NCBI RefSeq assembly: GCF_001457595.1
Contig: NZ_LN831039.1
Location: forward strand, 5,610,001-5,642,000
Direction of reading: 5' to 3'
DNA from: Mycolicibacterium smegmatis
GTDB taxonomy: Bacteria; Actinomycetota; Actinomycetes; Mycobacteriales; Mycobacteriaceae
Length of the DNA: 32,000 nucleotides
A program made the position numbers and the translations under genes. Below the pieces are notes generated by a model that did no database searches, was not told where the DNA came from, and saw only the letters and a list, made by a program, of their open reading frames with translations. This document shows, in pieces, positions 8,259-17,751 of the stretch. Position 1 is the stretch's first letter. Every line of letters starts with the position of its first letter.

Positions 8259-8876
8259 GTGAGCATCAGCGAGAAACAAGAGCAGGCCCGTCTCGACGTG
8301 TCACGGCACGCCTGCAAGCTGTTCTGGGAACGCGGGGTCTCCGGCACCAGCGGCGACGACATCGCCGCGGCGTGCGGGCTGTCGACGCGCACGATCTGGC
8401 GGTACTTCCGCTCGAAGGAGAGTTGTGTCGAACCACTGCTCGCACGGTCGGCCGAGCGGTTCATCGAGGTCCTCCGACGGTGGCCACACGAGCTGTCATT
8501 GTCGGAACACCTTGCCGTGAACAACTATTCACACCCGTTCTCACCACAGGACATCGAGGACGAGATCAGCGCGATGCGTATCGCGACCATGACCTCGTCC
8601 GAGCCTGCCCTGCGCACCGCGTATCTGATGGTCCACGACCAGATGGAACGAGGCTTCATCCCGGTGATCGCCGACCGGTTGGGCCTCCCCGAAACCGACC
8701 TCACCGTGCGACTGAGCGCGGCCGCGGTCACCGGGGCGTTCCGCGTGGTCGACGAGGACGTCAGCCGGGCAGTGATCGTCGACGGTGAGAACGTCACCGA
8801 AGAACAGACACTGGCACTCATCGACCGCGCAATCCGCGAAGCCACCAACGGCCGCCTCGGCGGACCCGTCACCTGA
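8259..8876 (+). CDS. TetR/AcrR-family transcriptional regulator
   Basis: This is a 205-aa ORF with the N-terminal HTH signature ACKLFWERGVSGTSGDDIAAACGLSTRTIWRYFRSKE. The GTG start is fixed by an in-frame TGA at 8250-8252. AGGAGG overlaps the start codon, so the transcript may be leaderless. The gene is divergent from the thiolase-like gene. Confidence 0.85.
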   Translation: MSISEKQEQARLDVSRHACKLFWERGVSGTSGDDIAAACGLSTRTIWRYFRSKESCVEPLLARSAERFIEVLRRWPHELSLSEHLAVNNYSHPFSPQDIEDEISAMRIATMTSSEPALRTAYLMVHDQMERGFIPVIADRLGLPETDLTVRLSAAAVTGAFRVVDEDVSRAVIVDGENVTEEQTLALIDRAIREATNGRLGGPVT

Positions 8877-8948
8877 TCCACCCGCACCATCCCGGACCTG
8901 CACCCCAGGCCCGGTGCTCGACGCCGCCCACCATCCGGAAGGACCATC

Positions 8949-10802
8949 ATGCCGCTCCCGCAGCCGATCTCGGTCGAGGACTTCTTCAGACCGCCTGTTC
9001 GCGCCGCCGCGAAGATCTCGCCCGACGGCACCAGGATCGCCTACCTCGCACCATGGCAGAACCGGCTCAACATCTGGGTGGAGAACGTCGACGGATCCGA
9101 AACCCGTTGCGTCACCGCCGACGAGAACCGCAGCATCTACATCTACGAGTGGACCGGGGATTCTCGCTGGCTGCTGTACATGCAGGACACAGGTGGCGAC
9201 GAGTACTTCCACGTCTACCGCGCCGACCCCGACGACCCGGCCGCCACGGCTGTCGACCTCACGCCGTTTCCGGGTGTGCGTACGTCGTTCGAACTGCTCA
9301 AGGGTCGGCCCGGCAAGGTGATGGTGCAACTGAACAAGCGCACGTCCACGCTGATGGACGCCGCCGAACTCGACATCGCGACCGGTGAGTTGACGGAGCT
9401 CGCGCAGAACCCCGGCACCGTCACCAACTGGCAGGCCGGGCCCAACGGGGACCTGTTCACCTCGACGCAGACCGCCGAGGGCGACATCGAGATCGCCCGA
9501 TGGGACAGCGCTGCAAAGACTTTGCGCACGATCGCGACTTATGACGGAGCCGACTACCCGCTGGGCATCCACCCGATATCGGTCAGCCCCGACGGCACCG
9601 GGCTGTGGTTCGGCTCGAACAAGGGCACCGACCGGACCCGCCTGGTGCGACTCGACGTCGCCACCGGTGAAGAGACCGAGGTGGACAGTCACCCGTCATT
9701 CGACCTCGCCACACAGGTGATGCTGCCGTTTCCGTTGATCCTCAGCGAAGCGACGGGTGAGCTGATCGGCGCCCGCTACTACGGGGAACGTCAGGTGATC
9801 CACGCGCTGGATCCGCAGTTCGCAGCGGTGCTGGAAGGTGTGAGCCGGCTCAACAGCGGCGACATCGGTTCTCTCTCGTCCGATAGCAGCGGAGCGCGTT
9901 GGGTGGTCAGCTTTTTCAGCGACCGCGATCCCGGCGTCACCTACTTCTACGACCACGCGACAGGACAGAGCCGCAAGTTGTTCCGGCCACACCCGCATCT
10001 CGATCCCGACACGCTGGCCCCGATGACGCCGGTGACCATCCCGGCACGCGACGGCCTGGACCTTCCGTCGTACCTGACGTTGCCGGTGGGCATCCCGCAG
10101 GAGAACCTGCCGATGGTCCTGCTGGTGCACGGCGGACCGTGGGCTCGCGACTGCTGGTATTACCAACCCGAGGTGCAACTGCTCGCCAACCGCGGATATG
10201 CGGTGCTGCAGGTCAACTTTCGCGGCTCGACCGGGTTCGGCAAGGCCTTCACCAAGGCCGCCATCGGCGAGTTCGCCGGCAAGATGCACGACGACCTGAT
10301 AGACGCCGTGGACTGGGCGGTCAAGCAGGGCTACGCCGACCGGGACCGCGTCGCGATCTTCGGCGGTTCCTACGGCGGGTACGCCGCGCTGGTGGGCGTC
10401 ACGTTCACCCCGGACGTGTTCGCCGCGGCCATCGACTACGTCGGCATCTCCAGCCTCGCGAACTTCATGCGCACGCTGCCGGACGTGGCGCGACCGTTCC
10501 TCGCCAACAACTGGCACCGCTACGTCGGCGACCACGACGACCCCGTGCAGGAGGCCGACATGCTCGCGCGGTCACCGATCACGCGCGTCGATCAGATCCG
10601 CGCGCCGCTGCTGGTGATCCAGGGCGCCAACGACACCCGCGTGGTGCAGGCCGAATCCGACAACCTCGTCGAGGCGCTGCGCGCCCGCGGCGTCGAGGTC
10701 GAGTACATGGTCAAAGACGACGAGGGCCACGGCTTCGTGAACCCCGAGAACCGCATCGACCTGTTCCATGCCGTCGAACGCTTCCTCGCCGAGCACCTTT
10801 GA
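8949..10802 (+). CDS. S9-family serine peptidase (prolyl oligopeptidase / acylaminoacyl-peptidase type)
   Basis: This is a 617-aa ORF with GGAAGGA 7 nt upstream of the ATG. The N-terminal region is beta-propeller-like ([10 protein letters not shown]..., [10 protein letters not shown]). The C-terminal alpha/beta hydrolase has the nucleophile elbow [15 protein letters not shown] and the catalytic-His context DDEGHGF. Confidence 0.85.
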   Translation: MPLPQPISVEDFFRPPVRAAAKISPDGTRIAYLAPWQNRLNIWVENVDGSETRCVTADENRSIYIYEWTGDSRWLLYMQDTGGDEYFHVYRADPDDPAATAVDLTPFPGVRTSFELLKGRPGKVMVQLNKRTSTLMDAAELDIATGELTELAQNPGTVTNWQAGPNGDLFTSTQTAEGDIEIARWDSAAKTLRTIATYDGADYPLGIHPISVSPDGTGLWFGSNKGTDRTRLVRLDVATGEETEVDSHPSFDLATQVMLPFPLILSEATGELIGARYYGERQVIHALDPQFAAVLEGVSRLNSGDIGSLSSDSSGARWVVSFFSDRDPGVTYFYDHATGQSRKLFRPHPHLDPDTLAPMTPVTIPARDGLDLPSYLTLPVGIPQENLPMVLLVHGGPWARDCWYYQPEVQLLANRGYAVLQVNFRGSTGFGKAFTKAAIGEFAGKMHDDLIDAVDWAVKQGYADRDRVAIFGGSYGGYAALVGVTFTPDVFAAAIDYVGISSLANFMRTLPDVARPFLANNWHRYVGDHDDPVQEADMLARSPITRVDQIRAPLLVIQGANDTRVVQAESDNLVEALRARGVEVEYMVKDDEGHGFVNPENRIDLFHAVERFLAEHL

Positions 10803-10816
10803 TTCCGCCAAACACA

Positions 10817-10850
10817 AAGCTGCCCCTTTTCCGACGAAAAGGGGCAGCTT
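10817..10850. terminator. Strong intrinsic terminator hairpin between the convergent peptidase and sucD genes (U-tract on the sucCD side)
   Basis: AAGCTGCCCCTTTTC-cgac-GAAAAGGGGCAGCTT forms a 15-bp perfect stem with a 4-nt loop. On the minus strand it is followed by TTGTGTTTGG. It lies 21 nt past the sucD stop and 15 nt past the peptidase stop. Confidence 0.8.
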
Positions 10851-10870
10851 GTGCGAAAACTCGCGGAGAA

Positions 10871-11773
10871 CTACAGCGACTGCAGGATCTCGCGGGCCAG
10901 CTTGGCGGTCTCGGACGGGGTCTTGCCGACCTTGACGCCCGCGGCCTCAAGGGCCTCCTTCTTGGCCGCGGCGGTGCCCGACGAACCCGACACGATGGCG
11001 CCGGCGTGGCCCATGGTCTTGCCCTCCGGGGCGGTGAAGCCCGCGACGTAGCCGACGACCGGCTTGGTGACGTTGGCCTTGATGTAGTCGGCCGCGCGCT
11101 CCTCGGCGTCGCCGCCGATCTCGCCGATCATCACGATGACCTTGGTCTCGGGGTCCTTCTCGAACGCCTCGATGGCGTCGATGTGGGTGGTGCCGATGAC
11201 CGGGTCGCCGCCGATGCCGATGGCGGTCGAGAAACCGAAATCGCGCAGCTCGTACATCATCTGGTAGGTCAGCGTGCCGGACTTCGACACCAGACCGATC
11301 GGGCCCTTGCCGGTGATGTTGTTCGGCGTGATGCCGACCAGCGCCTCACCGGGGGTGATGATGCCGGGGCAGTTGGGGCCGATGATGCGGGTCTTCTGAC
11401 CCTTGTCGACGTTGTAGGCCCACGCGTAGGCGGTGTCCTGCACCGGGATGCCCTCGGTGATGACCACCAGCAGCGGGATCTCGGCGTCGATGGCCTCGAT
11501 GATGGCGTCCTTCGAGAAGGCCGGCGGCACAAAGGCGATCGACACGTCGGCGCCGGTCTCCTTGATGGCCTCGGCGACACTGCCGAACACCGGGAGTTCG
11601 ATGTCGTTGCCGTCCTTGTCCTTGTGGGACACGGTGGTGCCGGCCTTGCGCGCGTTCACGCCACCGACGATCTGGGTGCCGGCCTTGAGCATCAGCGCGG
11701 TGTGCTTGGTTCCCTCACCACCGGTGATGCCCTGGACGATGACCTTGGAGTCCTTGTTCAGAAAGATCGACAT
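10871..11773 (-). CDS. sucD: Succinyl-CoA ligase (ADP-forming) alpha subunit
   Basis: The 300-aa ORF reads [25 protein letters not shown]...[10 protein letters not shown]...SKSGTLTY...[10 protein letters not shown], which includes the phospho-His loop. It lies directly downstream of sucC. Confidence 0.95.
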   Translation of the reverse strand: MSIFLNKDSKVIVQGITGGEGTKHTALMLKAGTQIVGGVNARKAGTTVSHKDKDGNDIELPVFGSVAEAIKETGADVSIAFVPPAFSKDAIIEAIDAEIPLLVVITEGIPVQDTAYAWAYNVDKGQKTRIIGPNCPGIITPGEALVGITPNNITGKGPIGLVSKSGTLTYQMMYELRDFGFSTAIGIGGDPVIGTTHIDAIEAFEKDPETKVIVMIGEIGGDAEERAADYIKANVTKPVVGYVAGFTAPEGKTMGHAGAIVSGSSGTAAAKKEALEAAGVKVGKTPSETAKLAREILQSL

Positions 11774-11785
11774 GTGAAGTGTCCC

Positions 11786-12949
11786 TTACTTGTTCGCCAG
11801 CTCGGCGGCCTTGTCGGCACCGGCGTCCATGGTCTCGGCCTGGATGACCAGGGGGTGGTTGGCTTCGGCCAGGATGCGCCGGCCCTCTTCGACGTTGTTG
11901 CCGTCCAGACGCACGACCAGCGGCTTGTTGGCCTCGTCGCCCAGGATCTGCAGGGCCTGCACGATGCCGTTGGCGACGGCGTCACACGCGGTGATGCCAC
12001 CGAAGACGTTGACGAACACGCTCTTGACCTGGCTGTCGCCCAGAATGACGTCCAGACCCGCGGCCATCACGGCGGCCGAGGCGCCACCGCCGATGTCCAG
12101 GAAGTTGGCGGGCTTCACGCCGCCGTGGTTCTCACCCGCGTAGGCGACGACGTCCAGCGTCGACATGACCAGACCGGCGCCGTTGCCGATGATGCCGACC
12201 TGCCCGTCGAGCTTGACGTAGTTGAGGTCGTTCTCCTTGGCCTTGAGCTCAAGAGGATCGGTGGCGTCGCGGTCCTCGAACTCGGCGTGGCCGGGCTGAC
12301 GGAAGCCGGCGTTCTCGTCGAGGGTGACCTTGCCGTCGAGGGCGAGGATCTGATCGTCGGGGGTGCGCACCAGCGGGTTGACCTCCACCAGGGTGGCGTC
12401 CTCCTTGACGAACACCTCCCACAGCTTCTGGATGGTCACCGCGGCGGCGTCGAGCACCTCGGCGGGCAGGTGGCCTTGCTCGGCGATCGAACGGGCGAAC
12501 GCCAGGTCGACACCCTTGACGGCGTCGACAGGAACCTTCGCGAGACGCTCGGGCTTGGTGGCGGCCACTTCCTCGATCTCCATGCCACCCTCGACCGAGC
12601 ACATGGCCAGGTAGGTGCGGTTGGCGCGATCGAGCAAGAAGGAGATGTAGTACTCCTCGGCGATGTCGCTCGCCTCGGCCACGAGCAACTTCTTGACCAC
12701 GTGGCCCTTGATGTCGAGGCCGAGGATGTTGTTTGCGTGAGTGAACGCGTCATCGGGGGTGGCTGCGTACTTCACGCCACCGGCCTTGCCGCGACCACCG
12801 GTCTTGACCTGGGCTTTCACCATCACGGGGCGGCCGATTTCCTCGGCGATCGTCTTGGCGTCCTCGGCGGAATCGGTCACCCGGCCGGGTGATGTCGGGA
12901 CGTTGTGCTTGGCGAACAGCTCTTTCGCCTGGTATTCGAAGAGATCCAT
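11786..12949 (-). CDS. sucC: Succinyl-CoA ligase (ADP-forming) beta subunit
   Basis: The protein is 387 aa from the ATG at 12949: [24 protein letters not shown]...[19 protein letters not shown] (ATP-grasp)...[10 protein letters not shown]-like [16 protein letters not shown]. The 34 upstream codons in the track (to 13051) are not conserved in SucC proteins. Confidence 0.95.
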   Translation of the reverse strand: MDLFEYQAKELFAKHNVPTSPGRVTDSAEDAKTIAEEIGRPVMVKAQVKTGGRGKAGGVKYAATPDDAFTHANNILGLDIKGHVVKKLLVAEASDIAEEYYISFLLDRANRTYLAMCSVEGGMEIEEVAATKPERLAKVPVDAVKGVDLAFARSIAEQGHLPAEVLDAAAVTIQKLWEVFVKEDATLVEVNPLVRTPDDQILALDGKVTLDENAGFRQPGHAEFEDRDATDPLELKAKENDLNYVKLDGQVGIIGNGAGLVMSTLDVVAYAGENHGGVKPANFLDIGGGASAAVMAAGLDVILGDSQVKSVFVNVFGGITACDAVANGIVQALQILGDEANKPLVVRLDGNNVEEGRRILAEANHPLVIQAETMDAGADKAAELANK

Positions 12950-13208
12950 TGGCTCACTGTCTGTCTGCGTTGACTTCGAAGTTGCCCGGCCGGGGAAAAC
13001 GCCTGTCGGGCCCGTTGGCACTTTATCGACCGCGTAGTGATGCTTCGGCACCGCCTTCCGCTCATGTGGTAGATCTCACCGGTACCAAACCGTGATACAC
13101 ATCACAATCCCCCGGGGAATGCTCACATAAGTTGCCACCAACATTGGGATTTGGTTAACGTGCCTCTGGTCCAGATAACGCTGAGGTCACGAGAAGGATC
13201 CCCGGGTT

Positions 13209-14348
13209 TTGTTGCAGCATCGTTCGTCCGCGTCCCTGAAGGGGAATCCGACGAACGCTCGCGAACGCAAGTCCGCCCAGGCCGACGACCTCGACGCCGC
13301 TGAAGTGACCGACATCATCCCGTTCAGCGAGTTCTCCAAGGCGTTCGACCAGTTCGCTGCTCTGGATACCCAAATCTCAAGCGCCTACGACAATTTGAGC
13401 GCTTTCGAGCGCGAGGCCCGCGTCATCGAGGCCCCTGAGCTCGACGATCTCAACGACACCGACGACCTCGAGCCGGTGCGTCTGGACATCCCGTCGGAGT
13501 TCCTGGCCGATGCCCGCGACGCCGGTGAGCGCAGCGCCTCACGCCGCAAGCGCAACGCCACCCACGCCTACCGCGACAGCCACACCGACGTCAGCGACGG
13601 CACCGCAGCAACCGACGTCATCGACATGACAGGCCGTCGCGGCGCTCACCGCAAAGAGACCACCGGCGCGCTCAAGAGCCGGCTGATGATCGCGGCGGTG
13701 GCCGCGGGCGCCACCGCCGCCGGTGCGTACTCGTTCGGGAACGGCACCGAGGCCCAGGCCGCCGACGACACCGTGCTGGCCACCGGCCAGACGACGGTCG
13801 ACGGAGCCTCGGTCAGCGGTTCGAACGACGGCATGCAGATCGTCTCGGTCGCGTCGAACATCTCGTCGGCCGTGCACGCCGAGGAGATCACCAAGGCCGC
13901 CGCGTTCGCACAGGAGCGCGCCGAGCGTGAGGCCCGCCTTTCGCGCCCGCTGTTCGTGATGCCGACCAAAGGCGTGTGGACGTCGGGCTTCGGCTACCGC
14001 TGGGGCGTGCTGCACGGCGGCATCGACATCGCCAACTCGATCGGCACGCCGATCTACGCCGCGTCCGACGGCGTGGTCACCGACGTGGGCCCGACGGCCG
14101 GTTACGGCGCGTGGGTGAAGATCCGCCACTCCGACGGCACCGTCACGCTCTACGGTCACATCAACACGTGGCTCGTCAGCGTCGGCGAGCGCGTGATGGC
14201 GGGCGATCAGATCGCCACCATGGGCAACCGGGGCTACTCCACGGGTCCCCACCTGCATTTCGAGGTCCTGACCAACGGCACGAACCGGATCGATCCGGTC
14301 GGTTGGCTGGCCAAGCGCGGGCTCAGCCCGGGCAGCTATGTTGGCTGA
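13209..14348 (+). CDS. M23-family (LytM-type) metallopeptidase with a long acidic N-terminal region and one TM segment (Rv0950c-like)
   Basis: This is a 379-aa ORF with a TTG start (uncertain) 10 nt after GAGAAGGA. The M23 motifs are HGGIDIA (HxxxD) and GPHLHFE (HxH). A hydrophobic segment (LMIAAVAAGATAAGAY) precedes the catalytic domain. The gene is divergent from sucCD, as in M. tuberculosis. Confidence 0.8.
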   Translation: MLQHRSSASLKGNPTNARERKSAQADDLDAAEVTDIIPFSEFSKAFDQFAALDTQISSAYDNLSAFEREARVIEAPELDDLNDTDDLEPVRLDIPSEFLADARDAGERSASRRKRNATHAYRDSHTDVSDGTAATDVIDMTGRRGAHRKETTGALKSRLMIAAVAAGATAAGAYSFGNGTEAQAADDTVLATGQTTVDGASVSGSNDGMQIVSVASNISSAVHAEEITKAAAFAQERAEREARLSRPLFVMPTKGVWTSGFGYRWGVLHGGIDIANSIGTPIYAASDGVVTDVGPTAGYGAWVKIRHSDGTVTLYGHINTWLVSVGERVMAGDQIATMGNRGYSTGPHLHFEVLTNGTNRIDPVGWLAKRGLSPGSYVG

Positions 14349-15032
14349 GTGAGCGACTCCGGTCCCCTCGACACCGACCAGTCCGGTGAGGACGACCGCA
14401 CCCGCATCATCCGCCGACAACCTTCGTCTCCTCTCTCGGGTCCCGTGCCCACTTCCGACCCTTTGTCCGATGATGTGCCGAAGACGAGCATCATCCGGCG
14501 CCATCCGACAGGTGCCATACCCACCGCGCCCGACGCCGAACCACAAACCAGCCTCATCGGGGCGCAGAGCGACGCTTCCGGGCCCGAGGACGCCGGAGAG
14601 GCGGCCACCGCGTACGTGCCCCGGGCACGTCCCCTCGTGATCCCCCGCCGCGCGTCGGCCAACGATCCCAAGACCGCGGTGACCGCCGCGACGCTGAGCA
14701 TCCTCAGCGGCTGGGGCACGGCCGTCATCGCCACCGATCTGATCGCGGGATGGTGGCGCACCGATCAACTGTTCTGCGTGGCCGTCGGCTTCCTCACCGC
14801 CGTATCGGCCGCAGCAACCATCGGCGGCCTCATCGCGCTGTTGCTGCGCCGGCGCCTGGGCCGGCTGCTCATCGTCGTCGGCGCGGTCATCGCGCTGCTG
14901 ATCTTCGGCAGCCTGTTCATCGCGGGCGCCAAGCTGCACCCGCTGGTCTACGCGATCCCGGTGCTGCCCGTCTCCGCCATCCTGTTCGCCGTGTTGCCGG
15001 CCACGGGCAGATGGGCCGTGCGCAGCGAATAG
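14349..15032 (+). CDS. Hypothetical 4-TM membrane protein with a Thr/Pro/Asp-rich N-terminal tail
   Basis: This is a 227-aa ORF whose GTG start directly abuts the TGA stop of the M23 gene (tgaGTG at 14346-14351). The ~100-aa N-terminal tail is hydrophilic and carries repeated T-[RS]-[IL]-I motifs. Four hydrophobic helices follow. I recognise no family. Confidence 0.6.
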   Translation: MSDSGPLDTDQSGEDDRTRIIRRQPSSPLSGPVPTSDPLSDDVPKTSIIRRHPTGAIPTAPDAEPQTSLIGAQSDASGPEDAGEAATAYVPRARPLVIPRRASANDPKTAVTAATLSILSGWGTAVIATDLIAGWWRTDQLFCVAVGFLTAVSAAATIGGLIALLLRRRLGRLLIVVGAVIALLIFGSLFIAGAKLHPLVYAIPVLPVSAILFAVLPATGRWAVRSE

Positions 15033-15206
15033 CCCGGCTTTGCCAGGCGCTGCCGCGTCCCATTTACGTCACGCTCGTCGAAAGGTCAGCACCCGGGCGC
15101 TGTTCGGGTCAGCATGAGCCAAACCGTCGACCGGTCGAGCACCGCCGACTTCTACTGACCTCTGTCTGGTGTTCTCACACCCCATCACCACCTCGGAGGC
15201 CCGCTC

Positions 15207-16175
15207 ATGCTCAGCCGGTTGTTGCGCTCTCTATCCGCCGTCGCCGCCGCGTCGGCACTTGCCGTCGGCGCCGTCGCGTGCAGCAGCAGCGACGACACGG
15301 GCGGCTACACGCTGCGCGTCGGTGCGACGTCGGTGACGGGCACCCCGGCCGGATCGCTGGGCTGGGGTGACAAGGAGGGCATCCTCACCGACGAGCTCAA
15401 GTCCGCGGGCATCGACAAGATCGAGTACTCGTTCTTCCAGTCGGGCAGCGACGTGGTCTCGGCGCTGTTCGCCGGCGCGATCGACGTCGCCGCCGTGGGC
15501 GACAACCCGGCCCTGCGTGCCCGCAGCCGCGACGCGAGAGTCGTTCTGCTGTCTCTCGATTCGATCAACGGCGACGCGTGGATCGTCGGCGCCAAGGGCG
15601 GCCCCGCCACCATCGGCGATCTGGTGGGCAAGTCGGTCACCGCGCCGCAGGGCACCATCCGCGACCGCGCGGCACGCCAGCTCATCGAGGCCGCGGGTCT
15701 CAGCGGCAAGATCGAGGTACGCGACGTCCCGACACCGGAGTCCATCGCGGGTCTGAGTTCGGGCCAGATCGACGCCACGGTGGTCACCGGCGCCAGCGCC
15801 GCCGAACTCAAGGACCGGGGCTTCCCCATCATCGACAGCCTGTCGCAGCACGGGTTCGGCAGCACGGGCACCAACATCGCGCTGACGTCGTTCACCGAAG
15901 CGCACCCCGAATTCGCCGAGGCCTGGCAGAACGCCGTCACCGCGGTCAACAAGGACATCACCGAGAACTTCGACGCCTACACGCAGTGGGTCGCCGAAAC
16001 CGATGACACCGAGGTCGAGTACGTCCGCCAGTCCACCCAGGCCGGCGAGTTCAACACCGAACCGTTCCCCCAGAAAGGCGTCGAACAGCTCGAGGCCGCG
16101 TACAACTTCCTCAAGGCCGACGGCTCGCTGGACAACGAGTACTCGGTGGCCGAGTGGGCCGGGGCCAAGTCATGA
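15207..16175 (+). CDS. ABC transporter substrate-binding lipoprotein, NMT1/SsuA/TauA (NitT/TauT) type; AsfC-like
   Basis: This is a 322-aa ORF with CGGAGG 8-9 nt upstream. The signal peptide has a lipobox-like cleavage context (ALAVGAVAC-SSSDD). The body resembles sulfonate/nitrate/taurine-type type-II binding proteins. It is the first gene of a chain of five translationally coupled genes. Confidence 0.8.
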   Translation: MLSRLLRSLSAVAAASALAVGAVACSSSDDTGGYTLRVGATSVTGTPAGSLGWGDKEGILTDELKSAGIDKIEYSFFQSGSDVVSALFAGAIDVAAVGDNPALRARSRDARVVLLSLDSINGDAWIVGAKGGPATIGDLVGKSVTAPQGTIRDRAARQLIEAAGLSGKIEVRDVPTPESIAGLSSGQIDATVVTGASAAELKDRGFPIIDSLSQHGFGSTGTNIALTSFTEAHPEFAEAWQNAVTAVNKDITENFDAYTQWVAETDDTEVEYVRQSTQAGEFNTEPFPQKGVEQLEAAYNFLKADGSLDNEYSVAEWAGAKS

Positions 16176-17026
16176 CGGCCACCGCCGTCGCACCCGAGGC
16201 CGCGGGACCCGACCTCGTCGACATCACGGCGATCCACATCAGGCGAAAGAGCCTGTGGGCGCTGATCCCCCGGCCGCTGCGCCGCCTGATGGGCCCGGCC
16301 CTGATCCTGCTCGCGTGGACCGTGGGCTCAGGAACCGGCCTGCTCAACACCGACCTGTTCCCGCCACCCACCGATGTCGCGGCCACGGCATGGCGCCTGT
16401 TCGACAACGGTCAACTCGCCACGCACATCGGCGCCTCGGCGGTGCGGGTGCTGGTCGGCACGGTCCTCGGCATCCTGATCGGTGTGGTGCTCGCCGTGCT
16501 CGCGGGCCTGACCCGCACGGGCGAGGACCTGCTGGACTGGACGATGCAGATCCTCAAGGCAGTACCGAATTTCGCGCTCACACCGCTGTTGATCATCTGG
16601 ATGGGCATCGGTGAAGGACCCAAGATCGTCCTGATCACCACGGGCGTCGCGATCGCGATCTACATCAACACCTACTCGGGTATCCGGGGCGTGGACCGCC
16701 AACTCGTCGAGATGGCCCAGACCCTCGAAGCGCCGCGCCGCACGCTCATCACGCAGGTGATCCTGCCCGGCGCGATGCCGAATTTCCTTGTCGGACTGCG
16801 GCTCGGGCTGTCGAGCGCGTGGCTCAGCCTGATCTTCGCGGAGATGATCAACACCACCGAGGGCATCGGATTCCTGATGTCACGCGCGCAGACCAACCTG
16901 CAGTTCGACGTGTCGCTGTTGGTCATCGTCATCTACGCCATCGCAGGCCTGCTGTCCTACAGCCTGGTGCGCCTCTTGGAGCGGCTTCTACTGTCGTGGC
17001 GCAACGGATTCGACGGGGTCTCATGA
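16172..17026 (+). CDS. ABC transporter permease (SsuC/TauC/NrtB-type BPD_transp_1)
   Basis: The ATG at 16172 overlaps the SBP stop (ATGA). The protein is 284 aa with about 6 TM helices and a conserved cytoplasmic loop (EMAQTLEAPRRTLITQVILPGAMPN). The 6-codon upstream extension in the track is unnecessary. Confidence 0.85.
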   Translation: MTATAVAPEAAGPDLVDITAIHIRRKSLWALIPRPLRRLMGPALILLAWTVGSGTGLLNTDLFPPPTDVAATAWRLFDNGQLATHIGASAVRVLVGTVLGILIGVVLAVLAGLTRTGEDLLDWTMQILKAVPNFALTPLLIIWMGIGEGPKIVLITTGVAIAIYINTYSGIRGVDRQLVEMAQTLEAPRRTLITQVILPGAMPNFLVGLRLGLSSAWLSLIFAEMINTTEGIGFLMSRAQTNLQFDVSLLVIVIYAIAGLLSYSLVRLLERLLLSWRNGFDGVS

Positions 17027-17751
17027 GCGCCGTGGTTCAGGTGCGCGGCCTGCGCCGGTCATTCGGGGCCCAGCAGGTGCTCGACGATCTCGAATTGCAG
17101 ATCGACGACGGCGAATTCGTCGCCATGCTGGGCCGGTCGGGCTCCGGGAAGAGCACGCTGCTGCGCATCCTCGCGGGCCTCGACGACGACGTCACAGGAT
17201 CCGTGGTGGTGCCGCGCTCGCGTGCCGTGGTGTTCCAGAACCCGCGCCTGCTGCCGTGGCGTCGCGCGCTGGCCAATGTGACGTTCGCGCTGCGCGACGG
17301 CGGTCCCGACGAGCCGAGCCGCACCGCGCGGGCCCGCGCCGCGCTCGACGAGGTCGGGCTCTCCGACAAGGCCAGGAGCTGGCCGCTGTCGCTGTCCGGC
17401 GGTGAGGCGCAACGCGTTTCCCTGGCGCGGGCACTGGTGCGGGAACCGGATCTGTTGTTGCTCGACGAACCGTTCGGGGCGCTCGACGCCTTGACCCGGC
17501 TCAAGATGTACCGCCTGCTTCACGAGTTGTGGGCGCGACGGCACATGGCCGTCCTGCACGTCACCCACGACGTCGACGAGGCGATCCTGCTCGCCGACCG
17601 GGTCGTGGTGCTCTCGGGTGGCCAGGTCTCGCTCGACCGGCGCGTCGACCTGCCGTTCCCCCGCAGCCGCGGCGACGACGGCTTCGACGATCTGCGCCGC
17701 GTGCTGCTCGCCGAACTCGGTGTGCGTGAAGAGGTGGGACATGACCGGTAG
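17023..17751 (+). CDS. ABC transporter ATP-binding protein (SsuB/TauB type)
   Basis: The ATG at 17023 overlaps the permease stop (ATGA). It carries Walker A (GRSGSGKST), the signature LSGGEAQRVSLARAL and Walker B (LLLLDEP). It is 242 aa. The longer 310-aa ORF in the track begins in the permease frame overlap and is Arg/His-rich noise. Confidence 0.9.
   Translation: MSAVVQVRGLRRSFGAQQVLDDLELQIDDGEFVAMLGRSGSGKSTLLRILAGLDDDVTGSVVVPRSRAVVFQNPRLLPWRRALANVTFALRDGGPDEPSRTARARAALDEVGLSDKARSWPLSLSGGEAQRVSLARALVREPDLLLLDEPFGALDALTRLKMYRLLHELWARRHMAVLHVTHDVDEAILLADRVVVLSGGQVSLDRRVDLPFPRSRGDDGFDDLRRVLLAELGVREEVGHDR

Noticed and set aside
9899-12892. A 997-aa plus-strand ORF, the longest in the window.
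   Set aside because: It runs antisense to sucD and sucC, both unambiguous conserved genes, and partly out of frame over the peptidase 3' end. The translation is Arg/Gly/Asp/His/Leu-rich with no recognisable domain. Stop-poor antisense frames are expected at this GC content.
12950-13208. The 259-bp AT-richer sucC/M23 divergent region, the largest intergenic gap, scanned for tRNA, riboswitch or small-ORF signals.
   Set aside because: It has no tRNA T-loop or anticodon architecture and no riboswitch motif I recognise. Only short palindromes are present (GTGAT-acac-ATCAC, CCCCGGGG, GTTAAC). It is most simply two divergent promoters and their leaders.
13539-14939. A 466-aa minus-strand ORF.
   Set aside because: It is antisense to the M23 peptidase and the following membrane-protein gene. 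It has no motifs and an Arg/Asp/Gly-rich composition.
15084-15160. Upstream of the ABC operon: a 12-bp palindrome TCGACCGGTCGA (15127-15138), a GGTCAGCA direct repeat (15084-15091 and 15107-15114) and an inverted CTGACC (15155-15160).
   Set aside because: By rough estimate, GC-rich 12-bp palindromes and 8-mer repeats of this kind are expected by chance several times in 32 kb at this GC content. I found no matching element upstream of sfnG. Without comparative data they cannot be called operators.
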